Origin: Patescibacteria group bacterium
GTDB lineage: Bacteria > Patescibacteriota > Minisyncoccia > Phycocordibacterales > PALSA-1337
DNA length: 64,000 nt
Assembly (NCBI GenBank): GCA_018970245.1
Contig: JAGWWT010000003.1
Span: 3,519-67,518 of the forward strand
Reading direction: 5' to 3'
Position 1 is the first letter of the stretch; every line of letters starts with the position of its first letter. Of the stretch, positions 27,606-38,348 are shown piece by piece. Both the position numbers and the translations under genes were made by a program. Below the pieces are notes generated by a model. The model did not search any database, was not told the DNA's origin, and worked only from the letters and a program-made list of their open reading frames with translations.

Positions 27606-29450
27606 CTAACGGTTCACCGTGCACGTATAGCCGGGCGGACAATATACTGGATTGGCAGGAGGATAGTACGGCACGGCTGTGCCAATGATCGTGAACGGCT
27701 GATTGCTGGCATCACAATCCGTAGTCGAGCCGGCCCTGCAGACTTGGACGGCATACTGCCCAGCGGGAATTGGGTTGTTGCTGATATCTGTGCCGACGAT
27801 CCAGCCATACCGGATGTTGGCGCTCACATTCCGGTCCAGGACATATTGTGCCTGGAATTGTGGTTTGCATGAATCGAGGTTCGGCAGGTTCGGGTTATAA
27901 GCGCATGGCGGATATAGGAGGCGGCCCAGATTGATATCCACGAGAGCGTTGGGGCTGTAATTGCTGAGGCTCCAGAGGATGTTTTGGGTCGAATTGGCCG
28001 CCCAAATCTCGCCGCCGTTCGGAGATAGTACGGTCACGGACGGGTTCTGAGAAGGCTGGCTGCTGCCGACATTGACGGTCGCGCTGGATTGGGCGGTCAG
28101 GCCTTGGCTGTCGCGCACAGTGAATCGCACGGTGTAGGTGCCCGCATATGAATAGGTGTGAGTGAAGGTGGCCGTCTGCACGAATTGCCACGCAGCCTGC
28201 GCACTGGGCGCATATCCAGGCTGGCTATCGCCCCAATCCACAGAATAGCTTAGAGCCCCGTTCTGCGGATCAGAGGCGTGGACGGTCCATGTCCCAGTCT
28301 GGCCGACTGCCAGAGCTGTCGGCGCATCTATGCCGCTTATGACCGGCGACTGACTGCCCGGCTGGCTGGCGACGATCGAGAATTCTCCAGCGCTCAAGCC
28401 GCAGATATTGCCAGACGCGTCGCAGATCTTGATCCTGTATGAGCTTCCTGGCGTGACCGGGACCGAATTCGGGCCGCCGTCTCCGGACATATTCAATGAG
28501 GTGTTCCAAGCGTAGCTGCCCGTATCATTCACGACAGCGATGCCATAGTCGGTCCAGCATCCCAACCAGCCTGCCGGGCAGTACTTCGAATCGTCATGGA
28601 GGCTGATGCTGACCTGCGACGAGCCGATATTAGCAGACTTCCAAGCGATCGTGTATGTATTTCCCAGGGTGAGCGTCTCTCCACCATTCGGATAAGTGAC
28701 CTGTATAGATGGGGACGGCGTGGCGGTCGGCGTAGGAGTGGGCGTGGGCGTCGGGCTCGAAGCTATCGTGAACTCGTTATCGCTCTCGACGCATTGGGAG
28801 CCGCTCGACGGGCAGATCTGGACTTTGTACTGGCCGTCAGAGGCCACGGTGGGATTCGAGCCATTCAGGTCTGTCACGCTGCCTACTTTCCAGGCATACG
28901 ATCCAGCCGTCAGAGGGGCTCCTTTGACGATGAGATACGGCGCTCTTACCATGATCATGCATCGGATCGGCTGTCCTGGCTGGGCGCAAGCAGGCAATGG
29001 GAATTCAAGCCGGATATCAGCTGTCTGGCCAGCCATAGCCGGCGGCACCGTCCAGGTTATGTTCTGCATAGTGCCGGTCTGCCAGACTTCTCCCCTATTC
29101 GGGGATGTGACTTGAAGGGAGCTGCCTTGGTACGCGACCCTGTGCCTATAGATCCAGCCGCGGGTCATGGGACCGAAATATCCATACGCAGGCAAGCCGA
29201 CCGAGCGCTGATAGGCTTCGAGAGCCGCCTGGGTTTGGGGTCCGAAATAACCAGGCGCGCCTCCATTCGCGATCGCCGGTATGCTGAAGCCGTTCTGAAG
29301 CAGCCAATTCTGGAGATTGGCCACATCCTCCCCTTGCGAACCCAGGGAGAGATCAGAGTTGAACGTATATCCTTGAGCCGCCTGTTGCGCTGATGCGACT
29401 GAAATAGACGCTAGAACGGCCAAGACGCTCACGATTACATATTTTTTCAT
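27606..29450 (-). CDS. secreted cell-surface protein: signal peptide, peptidoglycan-binding (PG_binding_1-like) domain, Pro/Thr linker, PKD-like domain, Cys-rich CPPGYTCT C-terminus
   Basis: PGB domain GSQGEDVANLQNWLLQNGF...GPQTQAALEAYQRSVGLPAYGYFGPMTRGWI; linker PTPTPTPTPTATPSPS; PKD-like ...FTHTYSYAGTYTVRFTVRDSQGLTA; ends ...YCPPGYTCTVNR. Confidence 0.8.
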   Translation of the reverse strand: MKKYVIVSVLAVLASISVASAQQAAQGYTFNSDLSLGSQGEDVANLQNWLLQNGFSIPAIANGGAPGYFGPQTQAALEAYQRSVGLPAYGYFGPMTRGWIYRHRVAYQGSSLQVTSPNRGEVWQTGTMQNITWTVPPAMAGQTADIRLEFPLPACAQPGQPIRCMIMVRAPYLIVKGAPLTAGSYAWKVGSVTDLNGSNPTVASDGQYKVQICPSSGSQCVESDNEFTIASSPTPTPTPTPTATPSPSIQVTYPNGGETLTLGNTYTIAWKSANIGSSQVSISLHDDSKYCPAGWLGCWTDYGIAVVNDTGSYAWNTSLNMSGDGGPNSVPVTPGSSYRIKICDASGNICGLSAGEFSIVASQPGSQSPVISGIDAPTALAVGQTGTWTVHASDPQNGALSYSVDWGDSQPGYAPSAQAAWQFVQTATFTHTYSYAGTYTVRFTVRDSQGLTAQSSATVNVGSSQPSQNPSVTVLSPNGGEIWAANSTQNILWSLSNYSPNALVDINLGRLLYPPCAYNPNLPNLDSCKPQFQAQYVLDRNVSANIRYGWIVGTDISNNPIPAGQYAVQVCRAGSTTDCDASNQPFTIIGTAVPYYPPANPVYCPPGYTCTVNR

Positions 29451-29552
29451 ATGATTGAGTGTTAGGAACTTAACGACCCTAGAATATCACCCTGTAAGAC
29501 GTTCCGCCATTGCGCGCATGACAGCTGAAAGCTCCATCAGCGTAAGACGCCT

Positions 29553-29591
29553 AAAACGAAAGAACTGGGCCAGGGATCGTTGGTCCAGTTC
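29553..29591 (-). terminator. rho-independent terminator after the 227-aa secreted protein gene
   Basis: Minus-strand RNA GAACUGGACCAACGAUCCCUGGCCCAGUUC followed by UUUCGUUUU. Confidence 0.6.
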
Positions 29592-29629
29592 CATTTCGGC
29601 TGATAGATTCGGCTGATAGTTATTCCCTA

Positions 29630-30313
29630 TCAGATCGCGGGCGTCCTCCAAGCCGTATTATTGGCCATGAAGTAGTCTAGTGTGCTCGCGTACGACGGAT
29701 TGACGGTCCATTGCACTCCCTGCATCTGGACAGCAAAGGCGTTCGGGGCCGCGTTCCGGACCAAGAAGGTCGCCGTCACGGGTATGACTATGGTCCTCCC
29801 TTGCGGGATGGTGAAGTAATATCCATCAGCCGATAGCGTGGTACTGGCCGGCTGAGAATATGCGACAGCTTGGACAGACATGGGCGACAGAACGCCATTC
29901 TTGTAGACCCCGAATGACGAAGCGCCGTATGACCAGGCCGGATGAGGAGACATGGGCAATCCCATAGTCACGGATCCGCCGACAGCTGAGACGGAGACAT
30001 AGAAGGTGGCCTGATACGTAGTCGTGCTGTTCCCGAATTGGTCGTAGATGGTCGTCATCTTGGCGATCGTCGGAGCGCTGGCTAGCGATATCGAAGGCGA
30101 TGCGGTCACGCATGGGGTCGGCGTAGGCGACGGGTACGACAGGCTTGAAGTCACCAAGGCCGAGCTCGATCCGGGATCATAGCTCGAGGCGGTCTGCATC
30201 GCAGCAGCCACCTGGGGCAAGCTGTACGACATCCAAGCTAGCGCGCCGAGAACGAGCAGGTATTTGAACTCGTTCCCGAAAAGCGGCTTTCCATCTATCA
30301 ATCTTTTTCTCAT
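29630..30313 (-). CDS. secreted protein, paralogous to a domain of the 1155-aa surface protein
   Basis: Signal/TM. The block YSQPASTTLSADGYYFTIPQGRTIVIPVTATF aligns with SYIQPPGTALSSDGTSFTIAQNQTVTIPVTLRF in ORF 30514..33978. Confidence 0.7.
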   Translation of the reverse strand: MRKRLIDGKPLFGNEFKYLLVLGALAWMSYSLPQVAAAMQTASSYDPGSSSALVTSSLSYPSPTPTPCVTASPSISLASAPTIAKMTTIYDQFGNSTTTYQATFYVSVSAVGGSVTMGLPMSPHPAWSYGASSFGVYKNGVLSPMSVQAVAYSQPASTTLSADGYYFTIPQGRTIVIPVTATFLVRNAAPNAFAVQMQGVQWTVNPSYASTLDYFMANNTAWRTPAI

Positions 30314-30513
30314 TTGATTGGTTGCTTAATCATGGGCGCATGATCATTATCGTCCATGAACTGGTAAAAACAGAAAAGACACGCCTCGACGGGCCGTGCC
30401 TTGGGTAGTGGCATCATTATATTACCTGCGGTCGCAGAGGTAAAGCGTGGTTATCCACAATGAAAAGCCGCCTTTAAGGCGGCTTTTCGAGATGTTCACC
30501 TGGACTGCGAAGA

Positions 30514-33500
30514 TCAATGGCAGTAGATACCGAGGAGCTTGCAGGCATTGATCGCGTTCTCGATCTGCTGCACGAGGCTGCTATTGCCGACGCTCGCGGT
30601 CTGATTGGCGCCGGAACAATCGTAACCGACCGGACAAGTCAGGCCGTCATAAGAGACCGGGCTGGCCATAGGCGAGGGCGAAGCGGTCGCCGTAGGCACT
30701 GGGTTCACCGTGAAGTTGATCCACTTGGTTACCGTGCCGCCGTAGCTAGGAGCCACGCCAAGCTGGTAGGTGCCGGTCTGCATATGGCTCATGAAGAAGC
30801 TGTTGATCGTGAATGTGAGCTGAGTCGGGCTGACTGACGACAGGCTGGCGCCGCCCAGGCCGCTCACGATGCCGTTATTCATGAACTCGACATAGTCAGT
30901 CGAAGCGAAGCCTGTACCGGTGACCGTCACCGTCGTTCCCAGAGTGCCGCTCGTCGGCCATACCGAAGAGATGACGGGCTGGACTGGTTGGGCCGGTTGG
31001 GTGGGTTGGACAGGAACCGGAGCTGTCATACAAGTATAGCCTGGTGGGCAATTCACATATACCGGCGTACACGTGTAGCCTGACGGGCAGGTATACGTAG
31101 CGCCTGGCGGCGTACAAATATAGCCTGTCGGACAAACGACTGTCGTCGGCTGATCCGTCTTCGGGACGGGGGTCGGAGAGGCGTAAGTGTACGGTGCGGC
31201 ATTAGCGAACATTATCGACCCTGTGTAGACATTTCCAGTATTTCCTTCCGAGGTCCCGACAATTGGGTAGATAATGACAGTTTTTATCGACTCTGGCCCT
31301 GGATAGCTAAATGTGAAGGCTGACGGTACTGTCACAGTTGTTTGCTGGCCAGCACCCAAAGACTGAACCGTTACTGTTAAGCCGTTGAGGTCAACTTGGA
31401 ACGGAGTGGTCCAATCTGTCGAGCCTGTATTTTTGACTGTAACAATCCCTGAGACCCATTGATTTACCTGAGGTTTCTCGGGTGAGAACTGCACATTTGT
31501 TATTACAATGGGCTGATTTGAGTCGGTGCTACCATTCCCGCTCGGCGAATACTGCGAAGCCGGGATGTTGCCGACGACGCGCGTGCCGTCGGTGAAGTTC
31601 ACGACGACGATGCCGCCGTAGAAGTGACCCGTTTCGACGTGGCCGTAGAGATTGAATCCGACTTTGCCAGGACCGTAGGTGCCTAGAGTCTGGTTGTATG
31701 CCGTATTGAGCTGTGCAGGATTCACCCCATCGGACAACACGACAAGCGGGAATGAGCTGCGGCCAAGATCGTCAGGTGAGGCCGTAGTCCAGCCTTCAGG
31801 ATTCGTCGCCGGGTTCGGTGCGCCGGCACCGGTATGATACACAGCGATCGACTTGATAGTTTTAGTCGAGTTCAAGCTCAAAGATATCCACCAATGCCAG
31901 TTATTCGTTGTTTGATCATTCACCCCGGAACCAGCAGTGAATACGCCCCAGCTTCCTGCATGGCCTGTGAAATCAGAGGCTGATTGCGCGACTAATGTGG
32001 ACCCGTCAGTCACCGTAGAAGCAAGGCTGGAGATCGTGCTCACGCCAGAGCTGCCTCCTCCATTAGAACCGCCGTTCTGCGTACAAGACCAACCGGCAGG
32101 GCAGACGAATCCTCCGCCTCCCGAGCTGCTACCAGACGAAGTGACTCCAGAACCGCTAGAACCGCTGCCGCTGCTTGTAAGATTAGCGTTGCACGAAGCC
32201 ATCACCGAAGCCCTGGTTAGTGAGCCGAAGTAACCCGTATGAGGCAATCCGACCGATTGCTGGTACAGGGCTAGAGCCGCAGCTGTCTGATAACCGTAAT
32301 AGCCCTTAGCTAGGCCACTCTCCAGAGCGGTGATCGTAAAGCCATTGTTCATGAGCCAAGTCTGCAAAGCTGCGACATCGTCGCCGTTCGAACCGATCGT
32401 AAGGTCTCGAGTAAAGACATAGCAATTACCGGTGCTGCCACCTCCACCTCCTCCACTGCTCGATGAGCTGAAGGAAAACACATTGTCGTTATATGGCGCA
32501 ATAAACTTTGTAGTACCGGGTTCAACAAAGTATATCTTGTATTGGCCCGTGTATGACGCAACCCGGCTAGTGATATCTGCTGGGATCGCCCATGTATAGT
32601 GGCCTTGAGCCAAGGAGATGTTGCTGGCAATTTCCGCCGTGTAATTCGCTGTCTGCGCTTCTGCCTTATGAAGGCCGAGGACGGTATCGAATGCGTCTGC
32701 AAAGATATTCTTGCTCGGTGCAAGTCCACAACCCATTGGATCACAACCGCTACTCGTAAAACCCTCAAGGAGGATATCGGCCGTAGGATGCGCTGCTAAC
32801 GTAGCAGGCGTCGCCGACCACTGAATCGTATACATGCTTCCTACCGGGATGACTGCACCAGCCGCTGGGGCGATCAGGTGTAGATTTGCGGCAGTCGATC
32901 CATACCCCGCATTCGATGTCGCCCAGTTATCTTCATTCACAAACGTGGGGATCGTATTTCCGGGGCTCAACCAGTCCACCCCATTCAAACGGACTCCATA
33001 CACATCAGTACCGAGAACCGGAACAACGAATCTCAACGTTACCGGTATCGTCACGGTCTGATTTTGAGCTATCGTGAATGACGTACCATCGCTAGAAAGC
33101 GCCGTGCCAGGAGGCTGGATGTAAGAGACGGTTGGCGAATAGTTCACGGAGCTATCAACTGCCACACCATTCTTATATATCACCCACGAGCCAAGATTAG
33201 AGCCGTATGCAGGAAACGCAGGTGTTTTTGAGCTGGGAAGGCCAAGAATAATCGGTGAGCCATCGGCCGTTACCTGAACATTGAATGTCACTACAAAAGT
33301 TGCAGCTGTCCCTCCGACAGTCACACTTTCACTTATTGTAGGAGTCCCGCTCAAGCTGAACACCGGACCTTGGCCGACTACCGTGATCTTGTTGCCAGAA
33401 GCGGATCCTTGGACCGTCACATTAGCGCTTGCGCCAGACGCAGACATAACAGTGACACCAGAGGCTACCACGCTGGCAGAGACCGAAAAGCCAGGCCCAG

Positions 33501-33978
33501 AACCGACGTTGGTGATGTCGGCTTTGACCATAAACGGAACCGTCGCATTAACCGGGATAACGGCTTGATTGCTGAGGCTCGTGAAGGTTGCAACGCCATT
33601 CTGGACCGAAGCTGAACCTAGCAACTGCGAGCCTTGATAGAGATAGGCCGCCCCGATGCTTCCAGAGCTACCGCCGATCGGCGAAGTGATATTTACCTTG
33701 ACTGTATTAAGGGCAAGATCGCCGCCTTGAGCTCTCACATCGAAGACAAGGACTGGCAAGCCTAGATACTGGCCAGTAGCCGTATTCGTGACCGCCACAG
33801 TCGAGGTCAACGGCGAAGACGGATCGAGCGAGATATTGGCGTTTAACGGCGATGGTGTGGACGAAGGCGATATCACCAAGGCGTTGGCTGACGGCGTCGA
33901 AATGACGCTGAGAACCAGCGCGCCAACGACGATAGCCGCGCCGAGAACGGAGCTGATAAAAAGAGAACGATTTTTCAT
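30514..33978 (-). CDS. giant (about 1155-aa) secreted surface protein with internal PG-binding domain, Gly/Ser linkers, repeated CPxGYxCT Cys motifs and a C-terminal IPT/TIG-like domain
   Basis: PGB GSNGDDVAALQTWLMNNGF...YGYQTAAALALYQQSVGLPHTGYFGSLTRASV; linkers SSSSSGGGGGGS; VVCPTGYICT, YTCPSGYTCT, VNCPPGYTCM; TIG-like ISSVWPTSGTLGTTVTVTGTGF. Start at ATG 33978 (MKNRSLFISS signal peptide); the ORF extends to 34104. Confidence 0.8.
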   Translation of the reverse strand: MKNRSLFISSVLGAAIVVGALVLSVISTPSANALVISPSSTPSPLNANISLDPSSPLTSTVAVTNTATGQYLGLPVLVFDVRAQGGDLALNTVKVNITSPIGGSSGSIGAAYLYQGSQLLGSASVQNGVATFTSLSNQAVIPVNATVPFMVKADITNVGSGPGFSVSASVVASGVTVMSASGASANVTVQGSASGNKITVVGQGPVFSLSGTPTISESVTVGGTAATFVVTFNVQVTADGSPIILGLPSSKTPAFPAYGSNLGSWVIYKNGVAVDSSVNYSPTVSYIQPPGTALSSDGTSFTIAQNQTVTIPVTLRFVVPVLGTDVYGVRLNGVDWLSPGNTIPTFVNEDNWATSNAGYGSTAANLHLIAPAAGAVIPVGSMYTIQWSATPATLAAHPTADILLEGFTSSGCDPMGCGLAPSKNIFADAFDTVLGLHKAEAQTANYTAEIASNISLAQGHYTWAIPADITSRVASYTGQYKIYFVEPGTTKFIAPYNDNVFSFSSSSSGGGGGGSTGNCYVFTRDLTIGSNGDDVAALQTWLMNNGFTITALESGLAKGYYGYQTAAALALYQQSVGLPHTGYFGSLTRASVMASCNANLTSSGSGSSGSGVTSSGSSSGGGGFVCPAGWSCTQNGGSNGGGSSGVSTISSLASTVTDGSTLVAQSASDFTGHAGSWGVFTAGSGVNDQTTNNWHWWISLSLNSTKTIKSIAVYHTGAGAPNPATNPEGWTTASPDDLGRSSFPLVVLSDGVNPAQLNTAYNQTLGTYGPGKVGFNLYGHVETGHFYGGIVVVNFTDGTRVVGNIPASQYSPSGNGSTDSNQPIVITNVQFSPEKPQVNQWVSGIVTVKNTGSTDWTTPFQVDLNGLTVTVQSLGAGQQTTVTVPSAFTFSYPGPESIKTVIIYPIVGTSEGNTGNVYTGSIMFANAAPYTYASPTPVPKTDQPTTVVCPTGYICTPPGATYTCPSGYTCTPVYVNCPPGYTCMTAPVPVQPTQPAQPVQPVISSVWPTSGTLGTTVTVTGTGFASTDYVEFMNNGIVSGLGGASLSSVSPTQLTFTINSFFMSHMQTGTYQLGVAPSYGGTVTKWINFTVNPVPTATASPSPMASPVSYDGLTCPVGYDCSGANQTASVGNSSLVQQIENAINACKLLGIYCH

Positions 33979-34048
33979 TGTTATTATATTAATAGTAATA
34001 ATAAAGTCGCCTATTGCTGGCCCAAGTCTAGCACCGCCGGACGAATAG

Positions 34049-34081
34049 CAAAACAGCCGATATCCACAGAGGATCGGCTGT
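34049..34081 (-). terminator. rho-independent terminator after fusA
   Basis: 9-bp stem ACAGCCGAU/AUCGGCUGU with an 11-nt loop, followed on the minus strand by UUUUGCUAUUC. Confidence 0.6.
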
Positions 34082-34110
34082 TGCATCCAATGGTCTTCCC
34101 GCAATGACGG

Positions 34111-36270
34111 CTATTTCCTCTTCTCCTTGATCTCTTCGGCGACGTTGGCCGGAACGACTTCGTAGTGATCGAACTCCATCTGGGCCGATCCTTGGCCTGA
34201 AGTCATCGAACGCAGCTGAGTCGTATATCCGAACATCTCGGCCAGCGGAACCTTGGCTAGGATGGCCACATTCTGGCCCTTCGTATTCTGGCCTTCTATG
34301 AGGCCGCGCTTCGAGGCTATCGAGCCGTTGATATCGCCGATATACTTCTCCGGCGCGACGACTTCTAGCTTCATGATCGGCTCAAGGATGACCGGCTTGG
34401 CGCGCTTGGCAGCATCCTGAAAGGCCTGCGAAGCGGCGATCTTATAGGCGATCTCCGACGAGTCCACATCGTGATACGAACCGAAAGTGAGCTCGCAGGA
34501 TACGTTGACCATCTTGTAGCCGGCGACGATGCCGCGATCCATGGCTTCATGGACGCCTTTTTCGACGGCCGGAATGAATTCATTCGGGATGACGCCACCC
34601 TTGATGGAGTCGATGAACTCGAAATCGTCGTAGCGGTGCACGTTCTTCGGGATCTTCTTCGGCTTGCCGTCATCATCGGTCGGCAACGGTTCCATAGGCT
34701 TCAGAGTGATGCGGACATGTCCGTACTGGCCCTTGCCGCCGGTCTGCTTGATGTATTTATTCTCGGCCTCGGCTGTGCCCATGATCGTCTCGCGGTAGGC
34801 TACCTGCGGCTCGCCCGTATTGGCTTCGACGCTGAACTCTCGCTTCATGCGATCCACCATGATCTCCAGCTGGAGCTCGCCGACGCCGGCGATGATAGTC
34901 TCGCCCGTCTCAGGGTTGGAGCTGACGTGGAAGGTCGGGTCCTCGATAGTGAGCTTGCGCAAAGCCATGCCCATCTTTTCCTGGTCGGCCTTGGTCTTCG
35001 GCTCGATCCTGAGCGAAACGACCGGGTCCATGAATTTGATCTGCTCCAGGACGATCGGCTTGCTTTCGTCGCAGAAAGTGTCAGAAGTGAGGGTATCCTT
35101 GAGGCCGACCGCGGCTGCGATCTCTCCAGCGAAGACTTTCTTGACCTCTTCGCGCTTATCGGCCTGAAGGCGGACGATGCGGCCCAGACGCTCTTTCTTT
35201 TGAGTGCGAGAATTGTATATGTAGGTGCCGGCCTCGATGGTGCCAGAATAGACGCGGAAGAAGGTCAAAGCGCCGACGAACGGGTCATTCTGGAGCTTGA
35301 AAGCCATGGCGCAGAACGGCTCAGCATCGGAGGTATGCCGGATGACTTCCTCGCCCGTATTCGGATCGATGCCCTTGACTGGCGGTATGTCCAATGGGGA
35401 CGGCAGGTAATCCACGACCGCATCCAGGACCAGCTGCACGCCGATGTTCTTGAGCGCCGAACCGGTGAATACCGGGAAGATCTTGTTCGCGATGACGGCC
35501 TTGCGGGTGATCGCCTTGAGCTCGTCCATAGACGGCACTTTCCCTTCGAGATACGCCGTCATGGCGGCATCGTCGTGCTCGACTATCTTTTCGACCATCT
35601 CGTTGTGGTATTTCTTGGCTTCCTCGAGCATCTCGGCCGGGATCTCCTTCTCTATTATATTTATGCCCTTTTCGCCCTCGAAATAGTAGGCCTTCATGCG
35701 CATGAGGTCGATGACGCCCTTGTGCTCCCCTTCCAGGCCGATCGGCAGCTGGAAACGGACGGCGTTCTTGTTCAAACGATCCAGGATCGACTTGAATGAG
35801 CGCTCGAATGAGGCGCCCATGCGGTCCATCTTGTTGATGAAGCAGAGGCGGGGCACGTTGCCTTCATCCGCATAGCGCCAGTTAGTCTCGGACTGAGGCT
35901 CGACGCCGGCCACGCCGTCGAAGACGACGACCGCGCCATCGAGGACTCGGAGAGAGCGCTTGACTTCCACTGTGAAGTCGATATGGCCAGGAGTGTCGAT
36001 GACATTGAAACGGACCTTCTTCGAAGCGTCGGTCGCCGGCATGTATGTAGGATTCCAGAAGCAGGTGATGGCCGCAGCCGTGATGGTGATGCCGCGCTCG
36101 CGCTCCTGCTCCATCCAGTCCGTGACCGTGTCGCCCTCATGGACCTCGCCGATCTTGTGGATCATGCCGGTATAGTAGAGGATGCGCTCCGATGTGGTGG
36201 TCTTGCCTGCGTCGATGTGAGCGATGATGCCGAAGTTGCGGACGCGTTCGAGCGGATAGTCGCGGTTCAT
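34111..36270 (-). CDS. fusA: elongation factor G
   Basis: 719 aa, [23 protein letters not shown]; canonical. Confidence 0.98.
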   Translation of the reverse strand: MNRDYPLERVRNFGIIAHIDAGKTTTSERILYYTGMIHKIGEVHEGDTVTDWMEQERERGITITAAAITCFWNPTYMPATDASKKVRFNVIDTPGHIDFTVEVKRSLRVLDGAVVVFDGVAGVEPQSETNWRYADEGNVPRLCFINKMDRMGASFERSFKSILDRLNKNAVRFQLPIGLEGEHKGVIDLMRMKAYYFEGEKGINIIEKEIPAEMLEEAKKYHNEMVEKIVEHDDAAMTAYLEGKVPSMDELKAITRKAVIANKIFPVFTGSALKNIGVQLVLDAVVDYLPSPLDIPPVKGIDPNTGEEVIRHTSDAEPFCAMAFKLQNDPFVGALTFFRVYSGTIEAGTYIYNSRTQKKERLGRIVRLQADKREEVKKVFAGEIAAAVGLKDTLTSDTFCDESKPIVLEQIKFMDPVVSLRIEPKTKADQEKMGMALRKLTIEDPTFHVSSNPETGETIIAGVGELQLEIMVDRMKREFSVEANTGEPQVAYRETIMGTAEAENKYIKQTGGKGQYGHVRITLKPMEPLPTDDDGKPKKIPKNVHRYDDFEFIDSIKGGVIPNEFIPAVEKGVHEAMDRGIVAGYKMVNVSCELTFGSYHDVDSSEIAYKIAASQAFQDAAKRAKPVILEPIMKLEVVAPEKYIGDINGSIASKRGLIEGQNTKGQNVAILAKVPLAEMFGYTTQLRSMTSGQGSAQMEFDHYEVVPANVAEEIKEKRK

Positions 36271-36324
36271 GAGATTAAGTCTATGAAGTCTATAAAGTCC
36301 GTAAAGTCCTTGAAGTCCTTAAGG
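36271..36324 (-). repeat. GACTT heptad direct-repeat leader element, copy 3 (upstream of fusA)
   Basis: mRNA sense CCUUAAGGACUUCAAGGACUUUACGGACUUUAUAGACUUCAUAGACUUAAUCUC-AUG. Confidence 0.65.
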
Positions 36325-36390
36325 CGGACATTGAATAATAAAAAAGCCGGGGGCTTAGTGGCCTAACGATACAGGAAGTACCGGGAATAA

Positions 36391-36933
36391 TCAAATCTCA
36401 AATCCGATAGCATCATGCGTCGGAGTATTAAGCGTGATCAGCTTGTTAACAGCTGCATTTATATCTGCAAGATTCTTTCCTTGCTCCTTCATCCGCTTTT
36501 CTAAGGATCCGACTCTTTTCGCCAGATCCTTATTGGTCGCCAATAATTCTCGAAGCTTCACAAATGCCCTCATTATAAATATGTTCATTTGGATAGCGCG
36601 GTCGCTATTCAGAACGGATGAAAGCATCGCGACTCCAAGCTCAGTGAAAACATATGGTAAGTTCCTACGGCCACCTCTGCCGATCTTTGAGGTGCCAATT
36701 TGGTACCTCAAAGATTCACTCTCTTGAGCCGTCAACCTGAACGAGAAATCTGAAGGAAATCGATCTATATTTCTTTGAACTGCCCTGTTCAGAGTCTTGG
36801 TTTGAATCTGATACAGCTCCGCCAGATCGCTGTCCATCATCACTTTCTTTCCCCGGATAATATAAATCCTCCGTCCGATGAATTCGGGGGTAGCCGCTAA
36901 AACAAGACTCGTTTCTTTTGAGCCCGCATGCAT
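36391..36933 (-). CDS. ORF6N-domain (KilA-N-related, phage antirepressor-like) DNA-binding protein; AT-rich, probable mobile-element remnant
   Basis: IRGKKVMMDSDLAELYQIQTKTLNRAVQRNIDRFPSDFSFRLT...GRGGRRNLPYVFTELGVAMLSSVLNSDRAIQMNIFIMRAFVKLRE matches the ORF6N pattern. Confidence 0.6.
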   Translation of the reverse strand: MHAGSKETSLVLAATPEFIGRRIYIIRGKKVMMDSDLAELYQIQTKTLNRAVQRNIDRFPSDFSFRLTAQESESLRYQIGTSKIGRGGRRNLPYVFTELGVAMLSSVLNSDRAIQMNIFIMRAFVKLRELLATNKDLAKRVGSLEKRMKEQGKNLADINAAVNKLITLNTPTHDAIGFEI

Positions 36934-37269
36934 GCCAGAATTTTATCATAAAAGTTAAACCCGCATGAGGACATGCGGGTGGGTTAACAAGGAGGGAGCA
37001 AATGAGTGGTATGAGAGCAAAAAGAGCGAAGTGAGACAGTGATGGAAGCAGAAATGGTTGATTCGAAGAATATATGCGAGAGAGCTGTTAAGCGTTGAGA
37101 GCACCTGGGGGTTGGAAGTCAAATGAAGGCTCTCGCATACCCATTTCCGTTGTCCTATGTCTCTGTAAAAGATCAATCCTTCTTACGATATATATACGAC
37201 TCGAACATCATCGGTGGCGCAAGAACGGCGCAAAGGTAATATCCTATAAAGATCCTCGTCGATTTTAAT

Positions 37270-37530
37270 ATGGCCAGCCTGATACACGCGGACATATTCT
37301 TCTTCGTAACGACGGTCTGCGTGGTGCTGCTCACGGTTCTTTGCAGCATCCTGTTCATTTACCTGTTCCGCTTCTTGGCCACTCTGCGGGCGATCGCCGA
37401 CAAAGCGAAGAGCGAAGGCGACTTCATCCTCGACGAAGTCCACGAGCTCGTCCAGCGCATCGAAAGACGGCGGTTCGGATTCAGGGCGTTGTTCAGATTC
37501 TTCAGACGCATCGTACAGCGATATTATTAG
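37270..37530 (+). CDS. hypothetical small membrane protein
   Basis: One TM helix (IFFFVTTVCVVLLTVLCSILFIYLF) then a basic tail. Co-directional with two downstream ORFs; antisense ORFs exist, so confidence is low. Confidence 0.3.
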   Translation: MASLIHADIFFFVTTVCVVLLTVLCSILFIYLFRFLATLRAIADKAKSEGDFILDEVHELVQRIERRRFGFRALFRFFRRIVQRYY

Positions 37531-37548
37531 CCGAAATAGCACAAAATC

Positions 37549-37926
37549 ATGTTCAGAAACCGATATCACCAGCATGGGCCTCCGCGATTGGTAGTAGGTC
37601 TGGTCGCAGCTTCAGTGGGAGCGGCAGCCAGCTACTTCCTCTTCGGAACCGAGACAGGCGCAGAAAAGCGCGCTAAGGCCAAAGAATGGCTCGCCGACAT
37701 GAAGGATAGCGCCACGAGCGCTTCCGGGACTTTGAGCGAGCTCGCATCCGTTGGAAAAGAGATGACTAAGGATATGGCCTCTTTGATAAAGGATCGCTAT
37801 AGCGAGCTCAAAGACCTGGATAAAGACGAGGTATCCGACCTCGCCGACCGTTTGCGCGCCCACTGGGCCGAAGCGCTTACCGAGATGAAAGGCATCCTGG
37901 ATGAAGCCGGAGATGATGAGGGTTGA
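37549..37926 (+). CDS. hypothetical protein, TM anchor + acidic coiled-coil (YtxH/DUF948-like)
   Basis: LVVGLVAASVGAAASYFLF then Lys/Glu/Asp-rich helical sequence. Confidence 0.4.
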   Translation: MFRNRYHQHGPPRLVVGLVAASVGAAASYFLFGTETGAEKRAKAKEWLADMKDSATSASGTLSELASVGKEMTKDMASLIKDRYSELKDLDKDEVSDLADRLRAHWAEALTEMKGILDEAGDDEG

Positions 37927-37967
37927 CAAATAGCCAGCTAAGATTAGCCTGAAGGTGGGATCTTTCT

Positions 37968-38348
37968 ATGAAACATATCGTCACCCTGTATGGAAAGCCG
38001 GGGCTAGTAGCAGATATGCGCGGTCATGAGATGTGGGTGTCCACCCCGGAAGCCGCCAAGCTCGGCTTGCCTGAGAAGCGATTCAACGGCATCATCGTCG
38101 AGCCTTCTTCCGGACAATTCCATCCTGTCCGCTGCGCCTTAGTCATAAAAGAAGGCTATTCGGACGAATTCGAGGTCGAAGGCGTGATCGATGCCGATCT
38201 GGCGATGGCGATCTGGAAAGGCAAGCGCCTGAAGTTCACCGCCGTCGGGCAAAATGGCCACCGAGAGCCGCTTGCGCATTTCGGCAGCAAGTCATGCCCT
38301 ACCGAATACGAGCTCTGCTTCACATTCGAGTTCGCCGACCATGGATGA
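37968..38348 (+). CDS. hypothetical protein
   Basis: 126 aa; I recognise no motifs. Confidence 0.35.
   Translation: MKHIVTLYGKPGLVADMRGHEMWVSTPEAAKLGLPEKRFNGIIVEPSSGQFHPVRCALVIKEGYSDEFEVEGVIDADLAMAIWKGKRLKFTAVGQNGHREPLAHFGSKSCPTEYELCFTFEFADHG

Noticed and set aside
36955-37575. Minus-strand ORFs 36955..37176 and 37183..37575
   Set aside because: They have no motifs and overlap a plus-strand ORF (37270..37530) that has a clean TM helix and is co-directional with two downstream genes. Neither strand is certain, so they are listed only at low confidence.
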